DNA from: Eledone cirrhosa
Lineage: Eukaryota
Assembly (NCBI GenBank): GCA_964016885.1
Contig: OZ024742.1
Coordinates: 75,826,001 to 75,890,000 of the forward strand
Reading direction: 5' to 3'
DNA length: 64,000 bases
Part shown: one piece after another, positions 1-13,620 of the stretch
How positions within the stretch are numbered: the stretch's first letter is position 1
Layout: each line of letters begins with the position of its first letter
Translations under genes and position numbers: made by a program
The notes under the pieces: model-generated
Told to the model about the DNA's origin: nothing
What the model saw: only the letters and a program-made list of their open reading frames with translations
Database searches by the model: none

Positions 1-117
1 CAAAAAATAACGAATAATAAATATAAAGTTAAAATCATATAATAACGTGTATTTCTTCTTATTCGCAGTATTGGCAACATGACCACCCCAAATATAACAA
101 TATATATATATATACAG

Positions 118-640
118 ACCTTTACGCAGAGTTTCTCGCTATAAAACTTCACTCACCGGCTGTCTATTAACCCGAGGTGGCAGTGGAGACTTCTGGTGTC
201 TTGACCCTAGGGCTATATCCCTACTCACCACCATAGGCGCTGAGCTGGCTGCCACAGGTGTGAGCCTCGCGAGTTGGAATAGCTCTCCAGCGCATCTATC
301 TTACCATCCTCCGGGGAAATGCCTTCTCCATTCTGTCCGACGGATCTGTGGGGCGACCAGCAGTGGGACCTCATTTGCTTACTATACAGAGAGATGGGAA
401 GGGCGAGAGAGATGGGTTCCTGACGGTGGGAGTTCGGCTCTTCCGTGTTCGGACACCTTGCATCTGTCAAGAGTGTATTTTCATACTTGTGACGAACATT
501 GTGAATTCCTATTTATAGTTTGAATCCTTAAAATGCAACTACAACTTACAGTAACATCTCCTTCAGTTCCTGTAACAGTCTCATTTTCTTTTGTTAAGGG
601 CAGAGTTGCGTGTAATAGAAGGGTGGGTGACTAGATAAAC
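118..640 (+). mobile_element. CRE-clade non-LTR retrotransposon, 3' fragment (RLE C-terminus plus 3' UTR), frameshifted
   Basis: Stitched frames read ...VAVETSGVL.PRAISLLTTIG...TG.EPRELE..LQRIYLTILRGNAFSIL. This matches the CRE-type RLE end (PxAVETxG...QRISLAIQRGNA). Abuts a (TA)n run at its 5' side. Confidence 0.7.
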
Positions 641-649
641 ACAGACACT

Positions 650-792
<143 letters not shown>

Positions 793-920
793 AAAAGTTC
801 TATTTAAATTGTTGGGATACAACAAGCAAATATTTCTATAACTGATATAAAGCACTCAACAAATATTTGGAGTAAAAATACGATATTAACAAAGGGAAAC
901 TATATTTATAAAACCATATT

Positions 921-985
921 TATTTCATTATACATATTTCAAGGACACCAAGTTAAATTATGGTGTGCTTTCATCAGATAAAATA
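921..985 (-). ncRNA. Type I hammerhead ribozyme in PLE 3' region
   Basis: Minus strand: tattttat-CTGATGA-aagcacacca..tggtgtcctt-GAAA-tatgta-TA-atgaaata. Stem I 8 bp, stem II 9/10 bp, self-complementary stem III. Confidence 0.75.
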
Positions 986-2449
986 TAATATAGATCAGTT
1001 TTATAAATAAATATTGACATACCCTTAAATAATGCAACCATTGCTGTTGGAAGCTCACGGATAGTGGAGTTGTAGCTTTAATTATATTATTATTATTGGA
1101 TATTTTTATTTTAAAAATAAGCCGTTGGGTTACGGAGAAAGAGAAAGATAGAGAAGGAGAGAGAAAGAAAGAGGGAGAGAGGGAAAGACCAGAAAAACAG
1201 AGAGAGAAATATATATAGAGAGAGAGAGGAGAGAGAGAGAAAAGGGGAGAGAACGAAAAACTCTAAGTCATAACTTGTTGAGTTAACTTAACAAATGAGA
1301 TGAAATGAATAAATAAAATTAGAAATGTTAATAATCATGAATGGAATATACATATATAATATGAGAAATTTAACCATTGTTTAAATATGATAAGATGTTT
1401 AGTTAATCATTTAAATATTGAGATCAATATATTAAAATTGGGATCTATATATTAAGAAATCCATATATTATTAAAGATCTACATATATAACACGTATACA
1501 CACGCAATAATACATACATATAAACATATATACACACTTATAAAATACATATACATATCTAGTTACGTATATAATATATACACACAAAACATAAAGGATT
1601 CTTTAATTTAATTTAAGATATAGGAATCTTATAAAATGTTATAATTGTTAAGATATTAAAGGAAATCCTATGTTATACACACTTTATGTTATTAAACAAA
1701 AGTTGTTTATATAAGTTTTATACGATTACCTTTTATGTATTTATGGCTGTTATTATATGTCTATCTGTCACGAATCTTGGGATAATCACTATACATAAGT
1801 GCAATCGAATTGTATGGATATACACGCACATGTACATACACAATTCCCACATATACATACATATATGTACCCTCAACAAATAGGTAGATACACATCACGT
1901 ATACATATACATACAGATAGACATACACGCATAAAACATATGTACATGTATGTCAATACACACATATAGAGAAAGTATATATAAATACAGTACATAGTAT
2001 AATTGAGTACATAAAATACAAAAGAATTATATTACAATTTGGAAATATAATTATAAGCAATATAACTTTAAAAGCAATATAATTTTAAAATCTTATAGAA
2101 TATTTTAAGTTATGATTTTAAATTAATAGTATGTTTAATAGATTTAGTATAGAAATGTTCTACGTATATTTAACTTAAACTTTGAAAGGATAAACTTTCG
2201 AAAATAGGAGAAGCTATCAAACAATAAAAAATAAAAAAAAATATAAGAAATATTTGCTCCTTTCAAGAGCTCTCAATATATTTCTCTAGAATAGTTTATT
2301 ATATTTATTTATATTTAGGAAGAAAAGTTATTTTTACTTGAGTGTATAATCAGTCAAAAAAGATGAAGGAATCTAATGATTTATCGAAAGGTTCAATATA
2401 TTACTAAAATTAATTAATTAATTATATACTACATTTTAAATTTATATAT

Positions 2450-3753
2450 ATATTTAAACGTTGAGGTTAATATATGTCTGCAGCAACTGAATACATTATT
2501 TCTTAAGTTCAGGGAATTTTTAGTCTTTAATATGAAGAATCTATACAAAGATCACAATTTTCTGAAGAGGAGTAGCTTTTGAAAAGGAGTAGCTTTTGAA
2601 ATAATATTCCAAATCAACGAATATTCAACGTCCTTTAGTTTTAGGTCCCATAATAGGCTAGATAGAGAAGTGGAAGATTTTTTGTTTGGATCTGTAAAAT
2701 AATTTTTATGATTATTGAAGCGGGATTTAAACTCTGTGGAAGTGGATCCCACATAATTAAATGAATTTAAATTAGTTTTTACATTACAATTATATACTAT
2801 ATTTTTAGCTAAGCAATTGTTATTTAACGGACAGTTAGATTTATTTCTACAGTTACATTTATCAAATTGGAGATTGCTTGGGTTATTAGTGGCATTTTGA
2901 TTAGGTTTTAAATTTCTATTATTAATTCTATTAATATTTTGCGCTAAATTTTTGGTGGAAGAGTAGGTTAATTTTATAGTATGTCTATTAAAAATTGAGT
3001 AATATCTATGTGTTCTAGGGAAGCATTTGTCAAGAGCTTTAACAAATAGTTTAGCAATAGGGGTTTTGATATTTAATGAGAAAGCAGGAGCGAACCATAA
3101 TGTTTTCCTAGTTCTATTTCTTTTTCGGCTTTCGTAATGAATGTAAGGTTTTCTATTATAGTTGTTAAAATTGTTACCATAGGTAAAATTGTTACGATCA
3201 TGGTTAGTTGTTATATTATTATTATTATCGATGTATTTAATTTTATTTCTATACCGAGCTCTACCTAACGCTTCGTTGTAATAATGTGTTTTTTCATCAA
3301 ATATATTCTTATTAGCTGAAATTCTCGAAATTCGCTCTTGTACAGAGTTCACTATAGTATTTTTAACGGATCTGGGGTGATTAGAGTTACAATTGACGTA
3401 ATTTAAGCTCTTATTTAGTTTGTGAATTGGATAATGAAGACACGTGTTAAGATTTAGTGTTACATCTAGAAAGTTAACTATTTTATGGTTATTCTCTATT
3501 ACTACTTTTAGATTAAGGTAATTAAAATATTGTATAATTTGTTTTCTGTTTCTATTTAGTTCACAGTTATTATTTTCTATAAGTAAAAGCATGTCGTCAC
3601 GATATAAACCTTCGGTTATCTCAGGTATTTTTCTATGTAGAGAATTATTTATAAATAGTCCCACAAGATCCGTTACCTGAGCGGAATCGGATGAACACAT
3701 AGTTAGATCGAAATTATTATTTCTATCTGCCCTAGTCCAGAGTTGGTTATTAA

Positions 3754-3755
<2 letters not shown>
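2450..3755 (-). pseudogene. PLE reverse transcriptase C-half plus GIY-YIG endonuclease
   Basis: Motifs [56 protein letters not shown] (CxCx5C), IVY..YVG..FKSRFNNH. After a frameshift the C-terminus reads CDLC..LNLRNNVFSCCRH. The N-terminus of the track ORF is microsatellite read-through. Confidence 0.9.
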
Positions 3756-4481
<726 letters not shown>

Positions 4482-5082
4482 TCTTACAGACACATTCATA
4501 CTGACCATCCCTCTACCACTAATTACTCTGCTACACACACACACATACACCCACACACACTTGTCTTAATAGGCATTTGAACTGTCAACAGGCTGCGGTA
4601 CGCACACACATCCCTCCTGACCATTATCACAACAACGAACCACTTTACTACTACTACACACACACTCACACACATATTTGTTTTGAAAGACTTATTTTTC
4701 AGTGTCTTCTCAATCAGCCGTCACACACCTACATTTGGCGCAAAATCAATTTTTAACATTCACATGACTACCAATCAGAATTGTTTTGACCATAATAATT
4801 TTTTGCAACGCGAATTGGCGCGAAACCTATTTTAATACCTCTGGAGCCACTTTTCTCACATAAAAACAGGTAGAATTTCCAAATCTAATCAGATTAGAGC
4901 AAACATCACGGACGCTCTATTTCAAAATTATTTTTGAAAAGCATTAGAAATGCGCAACCGGTAAAACTTAAAACCAAAACTGAATACTAACCAATACTAT
5001 TACTAATTTTCACTTATTCCTAATTAAACTATTTTTCACTGGGAACAATTTGTCAGCATTTTCTTTTCCGTTTACCAATATA

Positions 5083-5215
<133 letters not shown>

Positions 5216-5361
5216 CGTAAAATGTATATTCTAATGTTTCATTTCTCTCTGACGATTCGCTGAACGCAGTTACATTGCGTGCGAGTGAATAACGGAAAGA
5301 ATGTCTGATTTAGCTTTCGTAGGTGATTGCGCAGTAGTGAGGAAACACGTGCTAAGTAATA

Positions 5362-5440
5362 TAATTGTTTCTACTCTTTGGCACAGGGCCAACAATTACC
5401 CAGTGCATTACTGGTACTTTATTTTATCGACCCCGTAAAT
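5362..5440 (-). mobile_element. tRNA-derived SINE family 1, 3' part
   Basis: Reverse complement matches the 3' half of 11517-11712 (ggggtcgataaaataaagtaccagtaatgcactggg...tgtgccaaagagtagaaacaatt). Confidence 0.8.
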
Positions 5441-5708
5441 ATAATGTAATAAATATTTCTTAAAATCTTTCCCTTCTTCTTGCCTGATTTTTCATAATAC
5501 TCTATAGTAAATTACACCATAAATTCGTTTTGAAACCTTTTACCATACTCATTTATTCAACAGCCGGATCCATATGTTACATAACACCAACAACCACGTT
5601 GAGCACAATTACCTAGTAGGATATTTAATTCACCTGTTGTATTCAATGCACACAAATACGAATTAACCATCAGAATGAGAAACTTCTTTATAATCTTATA
5701 TATAAATT

Positions 5709-5739
<31 letters not shown>

Positions 5740-5761
5740 GTTTCAAAAACATACTTACTTG

Positions 5762-5804
<43 letters not shown>

Positions 5805-5949
5805 GGGGGGGGGGGGGGTATAACCACAAACATGATTTAATCTTCCCATCACACAGACACGCATACACACAAACACTGTTGCATCATGTGCGTATATGTA
5901 TGTTCACGTATTCAGGCATCACACACCACCGATACACAACATATCATGG

Positions 5950-6240
5950 TTCTCGCTTGAAGGTGAATGTGTGCTTGTTTCACCTGCATATGCAGCTGTG
6001 TTTGCATTGCACCCATTGCCGGAGCTATGGTGTTGTCGGTGTTAAATGCTTCCCAAATTTCCCTCCTTCTCCACTCATCACTTCCCAGCTCTATCTGTTT
6101 TCACGTACGCTGTGACCCAACACTCCGACGTTCAGCCGTTTGGAGTTGTACAACACAACCCACTGACAACTGGCCCATCCCAAATGCAAGAATAGGTTTG
6201 TGATGGTATAAGGCACATGCTCTCTCGCCCTTGCACAGCC
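5950..6240 (-). mobile_element. Possible decayed PLE GIY-YIG C-terminal remnant
   Basis: GC-richer island. Minus frames give NVGVLG...DEWRRREIWEAFN, loosely resembling the R..I.EA..I motif of PLE endonucleases. Confidence 0.25.
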
Positions 6241-7059
6241 AAACAGACAACCAGACAGACAATCGTGTAAACAGGCAAATTCACATACATATGATCAATC
6301 AAATTCTAAACTTCTCTATATCTAAGATTTGACAAGCGCTTCTCCAAAATAGCTTCTTGAACATATACCTGCGTTTTAAGCAAAATAATTGCTTTTCTTC
6401 CTTTTGTCTTCTTTTATTTCTTATTCTTTCCTCTGGCTAAGGAATAATCTCCGAAACGGCAAGAAACTATTCTACTGTATCAAGCATCCAACTAATATTC
6501 ATCTTCAGTGTACTCTCTCAGCTATATTTATATGTTTACATATAATCATATTAGTGCTTATCTACGTATGCACGTACACACACAAACGCAACAAACACAT
6601 ATGTATATATAACGAGTCTCTGTGTATTTTTGTGTAATTGTTTGTGTGAGAGTTTGCGTGCAGGTGTGTATACGTGAATGCATGCAAGTGCGTATGTGTA
6701 AACGTAGACCCAGGTGTTTGATAGCGTAAAAACAAATGTAAGATAGTGTAGAAGAATCCAATATGTTATAACAGAGTTACTTGTGAATAACTTAAAAGTA
6801 ATTAAATAATGGAATATACCGACCGAAATAATAAGATAAAGTGTTGCATTCTTCAAGAATACTAGGAAACAGCGAGGCGAAACTATATATATATATATAT
6901 ATAGGCATGAAAATATGATCATATGTATGCTCTTCCTAATGTACGTATGCATACGAATTGTGGTGCGTGTATATAAGCATATATTATGGGCATCCATGCC
7001 TTTGTGATAGTAGATGTGAGCAGTTGTGTATATTTGTTTCTTAATATATATAAACATAA

Positions 7060-7074
7060 ATGCATACACACACA

Positions 7075-7125
<51 letters not shown>

Positions 7126-7292
7126 CTGTGTATGTGTGTGTTTATCTACATATACGTAAGTATGTATATAGATATATGTATATAAATATATACATATATG
7201 TATGCATATGTATTTATATATATATATATAAATACATATGCATATATATATGTATATATTCATATACATATCTCTCTCTCTCTCTCTCTATG

Positions 7293-7329
<37 letters not shown>

Positions 7330-7341
7330 GTATATATATAC

Positions 7342-7376
<35 letters not shown>

Positions 7377-7383
7377 CACACAC

Positions 7384-7428
<45 letters not shown>

Positions 7429-7452
7429 CATACACACATACATACATACGTG

Positions 7453-7491
<39 letters not shown>

Positions 7492-7560
7492 ATATATATT
7501 TTTATATACATACATGTTCATGCATATATCTGTGTGTATGCATGTATGCTGTATAATTGT
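7060..7560. repeat. Compound TA/CA/TG/TATG microsatellite block
   Basis: Seen directly. A similar (TATG)n run lies at 8055-8250. Confidence 0.95.
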
Positions 7561-8104
7561 ATATATCCCTGTGCATATGACATGTTCTTAATATTAGGCG
7601 ATTTCATATATTTGACCGCATATATATTTGTGTAATAGATATATACATACATATACGCGTACGCATTTTTGTATTAGTTGCACTGAACATTATATTTTTC
7701 GGTAAGAAAATGAGAGATAAGCTTTTGATCAACTGATATAGCCTATGCATACTTAGTTCTAATGCCCCGGAGATATACGAGATCCTGATAGAGAAGAAAA
7801 TATAACAAATATCAGGAAAAGCCTAGAAAGTTAAGTATGGAAAAGTGCTGATGAAAAGTGTGTGTTAGAGAAAGGTGTAATAAATATAAACATAAATAAA
7901 TGTACAGGTTAAATGAGGTTTCTACGAGAGAAGGCGAGAAAAGATACAACGTTGTATGTGCAAGAAAACATAGTGAAAGGAAAACAGAAATATTTCAGCA
8001 TTAATATTTGTGTGAAAGAAGATAATTTCCACCATATCTGCAGAAAAATAAATGAGTATGCATGTATGTGTGTATGTATGTATGTATGTATGTATGTATG
8101 TATG

Positions 8105-8135
<31 letters not shown>

Positions 8136-8504
8136 GTGTGAATGTATGTATATATGTATATATGTATGCATGCATGTATGTGTGTGTGTATGTATGTATG
8201 CATGTATACATGTGTGCATGCATGAAAGTATATATATATATATATACGTATGTATGTTCGAGGATGGCCGGCAACATTTATTACTTGACTATGAAGGAAT
8301 AATGCTAGAACTGTGAAATGTGGCATGCATTAATTCCATCTCTTCTTATTAAATTCTGCCTTGTTTCCTTCCTGATTTGATCATTCTATGAGTGTATCTT
8401 GGTCAGCCAATGAAATTTAAATCCTATGAACTTTTCAGCAGATCCTCATATGTATGTATGTATGTATGCACGTAACTATGTATGTAGGTATATATGTATG
8501 TTAT

Positions 8505-9165
8505 CTTTCTCCTAATTTCGCGTGCATTTTTGACCGACCACCTTCTTGGTTGCAAGGTTGTAAAAGAAAACAAATTGTCTTCCCTTCAACCACAAGAATG
8601 TTTTGCAAATTTTGAAGGTACCAAATATCACGGCCCTTTGAAGTCTATGAATTAGAGAGCTACACTCTTTGTCCGCTAATCCAAGTTCACTCATGCTTTA
8701 GTGCAAGGAGGTTGGTGTATAGCTGTAGCTCCAATAATGACTGATATGAATCTGATGGTGTATTTTGGATACTGGATCTGCAAAGCCCTCATTAATTCTC
8801 CGTAGATATCCTTCTTCTCCTGTATTTTTCTTACGTCGTTGACATCAAGTAGCCAGCTGATCTCTGTAACAGAGCAAGTTTTCATTGAGTGGTCCCAAAT
8901 AGGCAAGTTGCGCTTTAATTTGGTGGAAGTTTTTATTTTCAAGTTCCATCAGTAAACCTTAGTGCCATCTACCTCAGAATATTCCACCTCATTTGTTTTT
9001 AATTTTGTTTTCCTTAGTGCGTTCCAGAAGGCTCTAGCTATCACATCGTGTCTCGTAGGGAGGTAGTAATGAGGAGAAGACGTTTTTTCACAGTTGGCAA
9101 CAATGTGGCTAACATCTTTGATCTTTGTTTTAAATAGCCTACATTCTACATTTATTGACGAATGA
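8505..9165 (-). mobile_element. RLE-type non-LTR retrotransposon 3' fragment (R4-like, distinct from families A and B)
   Basis: Zn-knuckle remnant (CRL...SHIVANC...RHDVIA), then IWD..KTCSVTEIS..DVN...EKKDIYG...SVIIGA...GTFKICKTFL. Degenerate. Confidence 0.75.
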
Positions 9166-9287
9166 TGGCCCTCTTCTTATATGAATGCATGTACCTATGT
9201 ATGTATTTATGTATGTATGTATATATATATATATATATATATGTGAGTGTGTGTGTGTGTATGTATGTGGGAATGTTGTGCGTGTAT

Positions 9288-9545
9288 AAAGGCGCATATT
9301 TTTTGTGGTTAGGATCTTATACCGACCATAGTATATCTCTGTGCTTTAAATCTGCGTTGGAGTAATTTGTTATTGAGTTAGACACTATTTTTACACTGCT
9401 TCAGTCTCTCATTCAAATGACCAGCCATATCACATCTTTTGTTACGCTGAATCTCCCTGAGATTACATTAACGGTACTCGCATCTGAGAAATACTCAGGC
9501 ATAATTGTTAACAATCCGTGCTAGATTTTCTGTTGTTCGCGAGCA
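9288..9545 (+). mobile_element. Decayed tRNA-derived SINE (CORE-like body)
   Basis: Head ggcgca..gtggttagg; body ttgagttagacactattt..gcttcagtc resembles 24225-24563. Tail cgctgaatctccctgaga is shared with 52280-52515. Confidence 0.55.
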
Positions 9546-9699
9546 ATAGGAAAACTCGTTGACGATGTTGCTGGAGATCCAGCAACAAGCCTACTGTGCA
9601 GATGTTTATGAATTTAGTATTCACACACACACGCACTCTCACATAAACACACACATACACACACCCACACACATACCCCCCCCCCATATATATATATAT

Positions 9700-9927
9700 A
9701 TTGAAAGGATAACAAGGACGATTGGTTATTCCTTCATTACATTTATTGGAAGGTGACGCGCGTTTCGCCCCTGATCAGCACAAGGTTCGATCCGTATCGA
9801 TCTTATCCGACTCAATAATCGGCAGCTCGACGGATTTTTAAAATGGTATAAAAATAATTTTTTTTTAAAGTGAACGGTAACATCGAGTGTTCACCCGGAT
9901 GAACCTGCAGTAGCTCCAAGTTACACT

Positions 9928-9931
<4 letters not shown>
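9700..9931 (-). mobile_element. TA-flanked non-coding module with degenerate minimal hammerhead (PLE terminal-repeat-like)
   Basis: Minus strand: ctgatca-ggggc-GAAA-cgcgcg-TC followed by aataaa. (TA)n on both sides. Confidence 0.5.
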
Positions 9932-10025
<94 letters not shown>

Positions 10026-10360
10026 GTGTATATATGTGTGTGTGTCTGTATATACATATATATATATGTGTGTGCTTATGAGAATATCTGTATATATGTT
10101 AGCGTGTGTATGTCTGTGGGTAAGTTCTGTTTATATTTATGAAAATACAATTTCAAGTAAGATGAAGATTGATGGTAACATTATCACATTTGTACATATA
10201 AATATATATAAGAAATTCATGTCTGAAAGCTACTACAAACGAATACATGTACCAATAAATATATGAATATACAAACACATACATCTATACATGCATACAT
10301 AGACACACAAACCCGCACACAGACACACCTATACGTACACACACACACATACGTATATAC

Positions 10361-10417
<57 letters not shown>

Positions 10418-10744
10418 TTGCTAGCATCGATATGCATTTGTATGTATATATATGTTACTAGATATAAATTCTTTATTATTATCTCCAAAATATTTGTCGA
10501 GCAATACTGGCCATGACTGCTGCTACGGTAGTAGGCTGGCCGCTGTCTTATTAACAACCCACTTTCCACCGATTGACCTCGATGTCACGTGTTCGATTCT
10601 TTTTGAATTTGCCACTGACACAGAGGCAGTGGTTTTCTCAATGGCTAGGAAGTAAGTCCACGCTTTGCTATTTCCTATTCACTGATTTATTTTTTAATAA
10701 GCTTCCAGAGTCCTCGCTTTGCCTGGAAACTTATATGAGAATAT

Positions 10745-10827
10745 ACTTTCCTGATGACGAGATGTTTCTCAACCCCTTCTTCGGAAGATGTATCTACTCC
10801 ATTCCAGAAACTAATTAGGTTGGAAGT
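10745..10827 (+). ncRNA. Type I hammerhead motif in TA-flanked module 10455-10880
   Basis: actttc-CTGATGA-(branched, imperfect stem II)-GAAA-ctaattagg-TT-ggaagt. Stem I 6 bp. Confidence 0.55.
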
Positions 10828-10875
10828 GATATTTTAGTAAGTAAGTTAATTTTATAATTTTCTTATCTTACGTCT

Positions 10876-10920
<45 letters not shown>

Positions 10921-10921
10921 A

Positions 10922-10972
10922 GGCTTCTACAGGATTAGAACTGTTTCATTCGGCAGAAATCATCAGGAAGCC
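10922..10972 (-). ncRNA. Type I hammerhead ribozyme (family HH-a)
   Basis: ggcttc-CTGATGA-tttctgccgaat-GAAA-cag-ttctaatc-ctg-TA-gaagcc. A head-to-head truncated copy lies on + at 10973-11017. Confidence 0.8.
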
Positions 10973-11516
10973 ATGATGATTTCTCCAGAATGAAACATTT
11001 CTAGTCCTGTAGAAGCCTTTCAATATTAAATATTTATACTCTGCTTTGTATTGAGTATTAAACCCGGATTAAACTTATATATATATAAAATTGAGATGAA
11101 CGGAACAAGTAAACAGTAAACAATCTTTTATATAAATTAAAATGCGATTTAAATATTATAGACACCCTATATATTTCCGTGGGTACTTAGTACCTGTGGG
11201 TATATTAATTTCATTTTATGTATATATATATATATATAAAACAAGCTATTAGCAGAGAAGGATGGACAGAGACATTAATTTTCTTCTCTAAATGAACATG
11301 TAAATGAAAATTTATTTTTCCTCCTCTCTCTACTTTATTATTATTTTCACTATTTGTACACATATACAACTTAACAATATTCTGCATATCACCAATTGAC
11401 AATACATGAAACCGGTATTGTAAATAAATTAATATTTGGATATTTCATTGAAAAAATCTCTTCAACTTTTTCTACTGAAAAAATCTTTTTCCTTTCTATT
11501 ATTTGTTTTTATATAT

Positions 11517-11712
11517 AGGGCGGTGGATTGGCAGTATCGGTAGAGGGTCGGACGCCATGCTTTGCAGCATAGAATTATGGCCCTTTATGATCTGAGTTCA
11601 AATCCCGCCGAGGTTAACTTTGCCTTTCATACTTACGGGGTCGATAAAATACAGTACCAGTAGTGCACTGGGATAATTACTGGCCTTGTGCCAAAAGTAG
11701 AAATAATTATTT
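11517..11712 (+). mobile_element. tRNA-derived SINE family 1, near full length
   Basis: A box tggcagtatcgg, B box gagttcaaatcc, conserved core tttgcctttcat..ggggtcgataaaat..gtacc, ATT-type tail. Confidence 0.85.
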
Positions 11713-11748
11713 GTTATTTGTTTTTATATATATCAACTCGTGTGTTCC

Positions 11749-11784
<36 letters not shown>

Positions 11785-11785
<1 letters not shown>

Positions 11786-11958
11786 GTATAAAAATCAATA
11801 CAATATAATTACCTCATTACCAGAGGTTTCCCGAATGAGGCGAATACGAAAGAAACGTCTTCATTCGTTCGTCAGACGAGGCAATATATTGCCTCGGCTG
11901 ACGAACGAATGAAGACGTTTTATCTTACTTGAAATTATATTGTATTGATTTTTATACA
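11785..11958. repeat. Palindromic head-to-head module carrying a hammerhead
   Basis: tgtataaaaatcaatacaatataatt and aattatattgtattgatttttataca at the ends. Near-perfect central palindrome about 11886/11887. Confidence 0.9.
11808..11885 (-). ncRNA. Type I hammerhead ribozyme
   Basis: attgcctcgt-CTGACGA-a-cgaatga...tcattcg-g-GAAA-cc-tct-gg-TA-atgaggtaat. Stem I 10 bp including G-U pairs; GUA cleavage triplet. Confidence 0.8.
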
Positions 11959-12054
11959 TTAAATTTTGCTCTGGTACTTACATAGAGCACTCTTCACTTC
12001 TATGACCTTTTCTGTTTTCAACGGAAATTTCATTACATATATATATATATATAT

Positions 12055-12135
<81 letters not shown>

Positions 12136-12759
12136 TGTATGTGTGTGTATGTGTGTTATGTATTTCCGTAGAAAATGTAAAAGAACGACACACACACACA
12201 TATATAACTATATATATAAATATATTCATACATATATACATGCATTTAAACCTGGAATATATAATATTGTTGTTGAACATATGAACGTTTGTGTATACAT
12301 ATATTCAGACATTCTATATATATATTCTGTATATATGTATATTATTCGTGATAAGCCTCCTTTGCGTATTGAATTTAGGTATACACGTCAGGGTATTCGT
12401 ACATAAACAGATACACACACACACACACACACGCACACGCATACACACACACACACATATTTACATACACACACTCTCAGACATACAAACACACACACAC
12501 ACACACACACGAGTTTATACATGTTTATAAGGAGTAGGGATGAGATATTAAACTACGAGTCTGATAAGCTATCGATTCCAGTGTCGGGCACAATCGATAC
12601 TGATCGTAAGTTGATTGGATTCATGGCAAACCGCGCGTCTCATGTGAATAAATTTAATTATGCTATTTTGGTAACTCTTTCCTACTTATTATATTGCTCC
12701 GTCACGTAGTGCATATGGATAATGCACCGGGGTAATTAGACATATTTCATGTCGCAACA

Positions 12760-13620
12760 AGGTCCTCAGGCAGATAATACTCTCTTCAAAATGTGCGCAG
12801 TACCAAGCAAAGACGCCTGTCGTATGACACCCATCTTTTATGATATTCCTAGACGCTTTAAGAAGTTTTGAAGTTTTAATGGGATTGACCCTATTGCTCC
12901 GATTACAGCTGTTATCACTTTCACATTACCCTTTTACATTCCAAATAGTCTTGACAGCTCCACTTTCAATTCAGAGCACTTTGCGATTCGTTTCAAACCT
13001 CCGAGGCCCAATATTCGTGTCATCTAGTATGGCCACGTCGTTTTTCTGACAGTATTTGTCTTTCTTATTCAACACGACAAGGTCCAGTCGGCCATGCTTG
13101 ATTGTTCTATTAGTTTGAAAGTCATAATCCCAGAATATCATTGCTTCCTCACCTTCCTACATTTCTTTACAAGGCACATCCTCATAGTAATTCTCTAAAC
13201 ATTATATTGGTATTCACGACACAGAGGCCAATGAAAATATAGACAGACTTTATCATGGCGGCGCTTGTATTGTTTTGTGCAAGGCTCTCACATCCACTTA
13301 ACATGTGTGCCATATTTACCACATTCTTTCCACGGAGCCAACAATTCTGGCTGTCAAACGATTTGTAAATATTATATTTCACCGAATTAGTAGCAAGTGA
13401 TTGTTCTTTCGCTGCAAATATAAATCCTTCAGTGGCACATTTCGAATCACCTCGCTGAAGACATGTCCACGATGTTGTTTTATGCTTGATAGCCTATGTA
13501 TTTCTCTCAAATTGACAATGCATTCTCATTTCTCGAAGATCTTTTTCTGTTTTCTCTTCTGCTCTTTGCTTAAACTCTTCGTTTCGAAGTCTTCCTATTG
13601 CATCTATGCCCATTGATGAC
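12760..13620 (-). mobile_element. Old R4/Dong-like LINE 3' fragment (third family)
   Basis: HMLSGCESLAQ..RHDKVC, IFWDYDFQTNRTIKHGRLDLVVLNKK, VIGAIG, LLGTAHILKRVL across frameshifts. Confidence 0.8.

Larger units (their letters stand above)
870..3755 (-). mobile_element. Penelope-like retroelement, Naiad-type, 5'-truncated, with long AT-rich 3' region
   Basis: RT/GIY-YIG ORF remnant at ~2450-3755 and a same-strand hammerhead at 921-985. Bounded by microsatellites on both sides. The 3' boundary is approximate. Confidence 0.8.
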
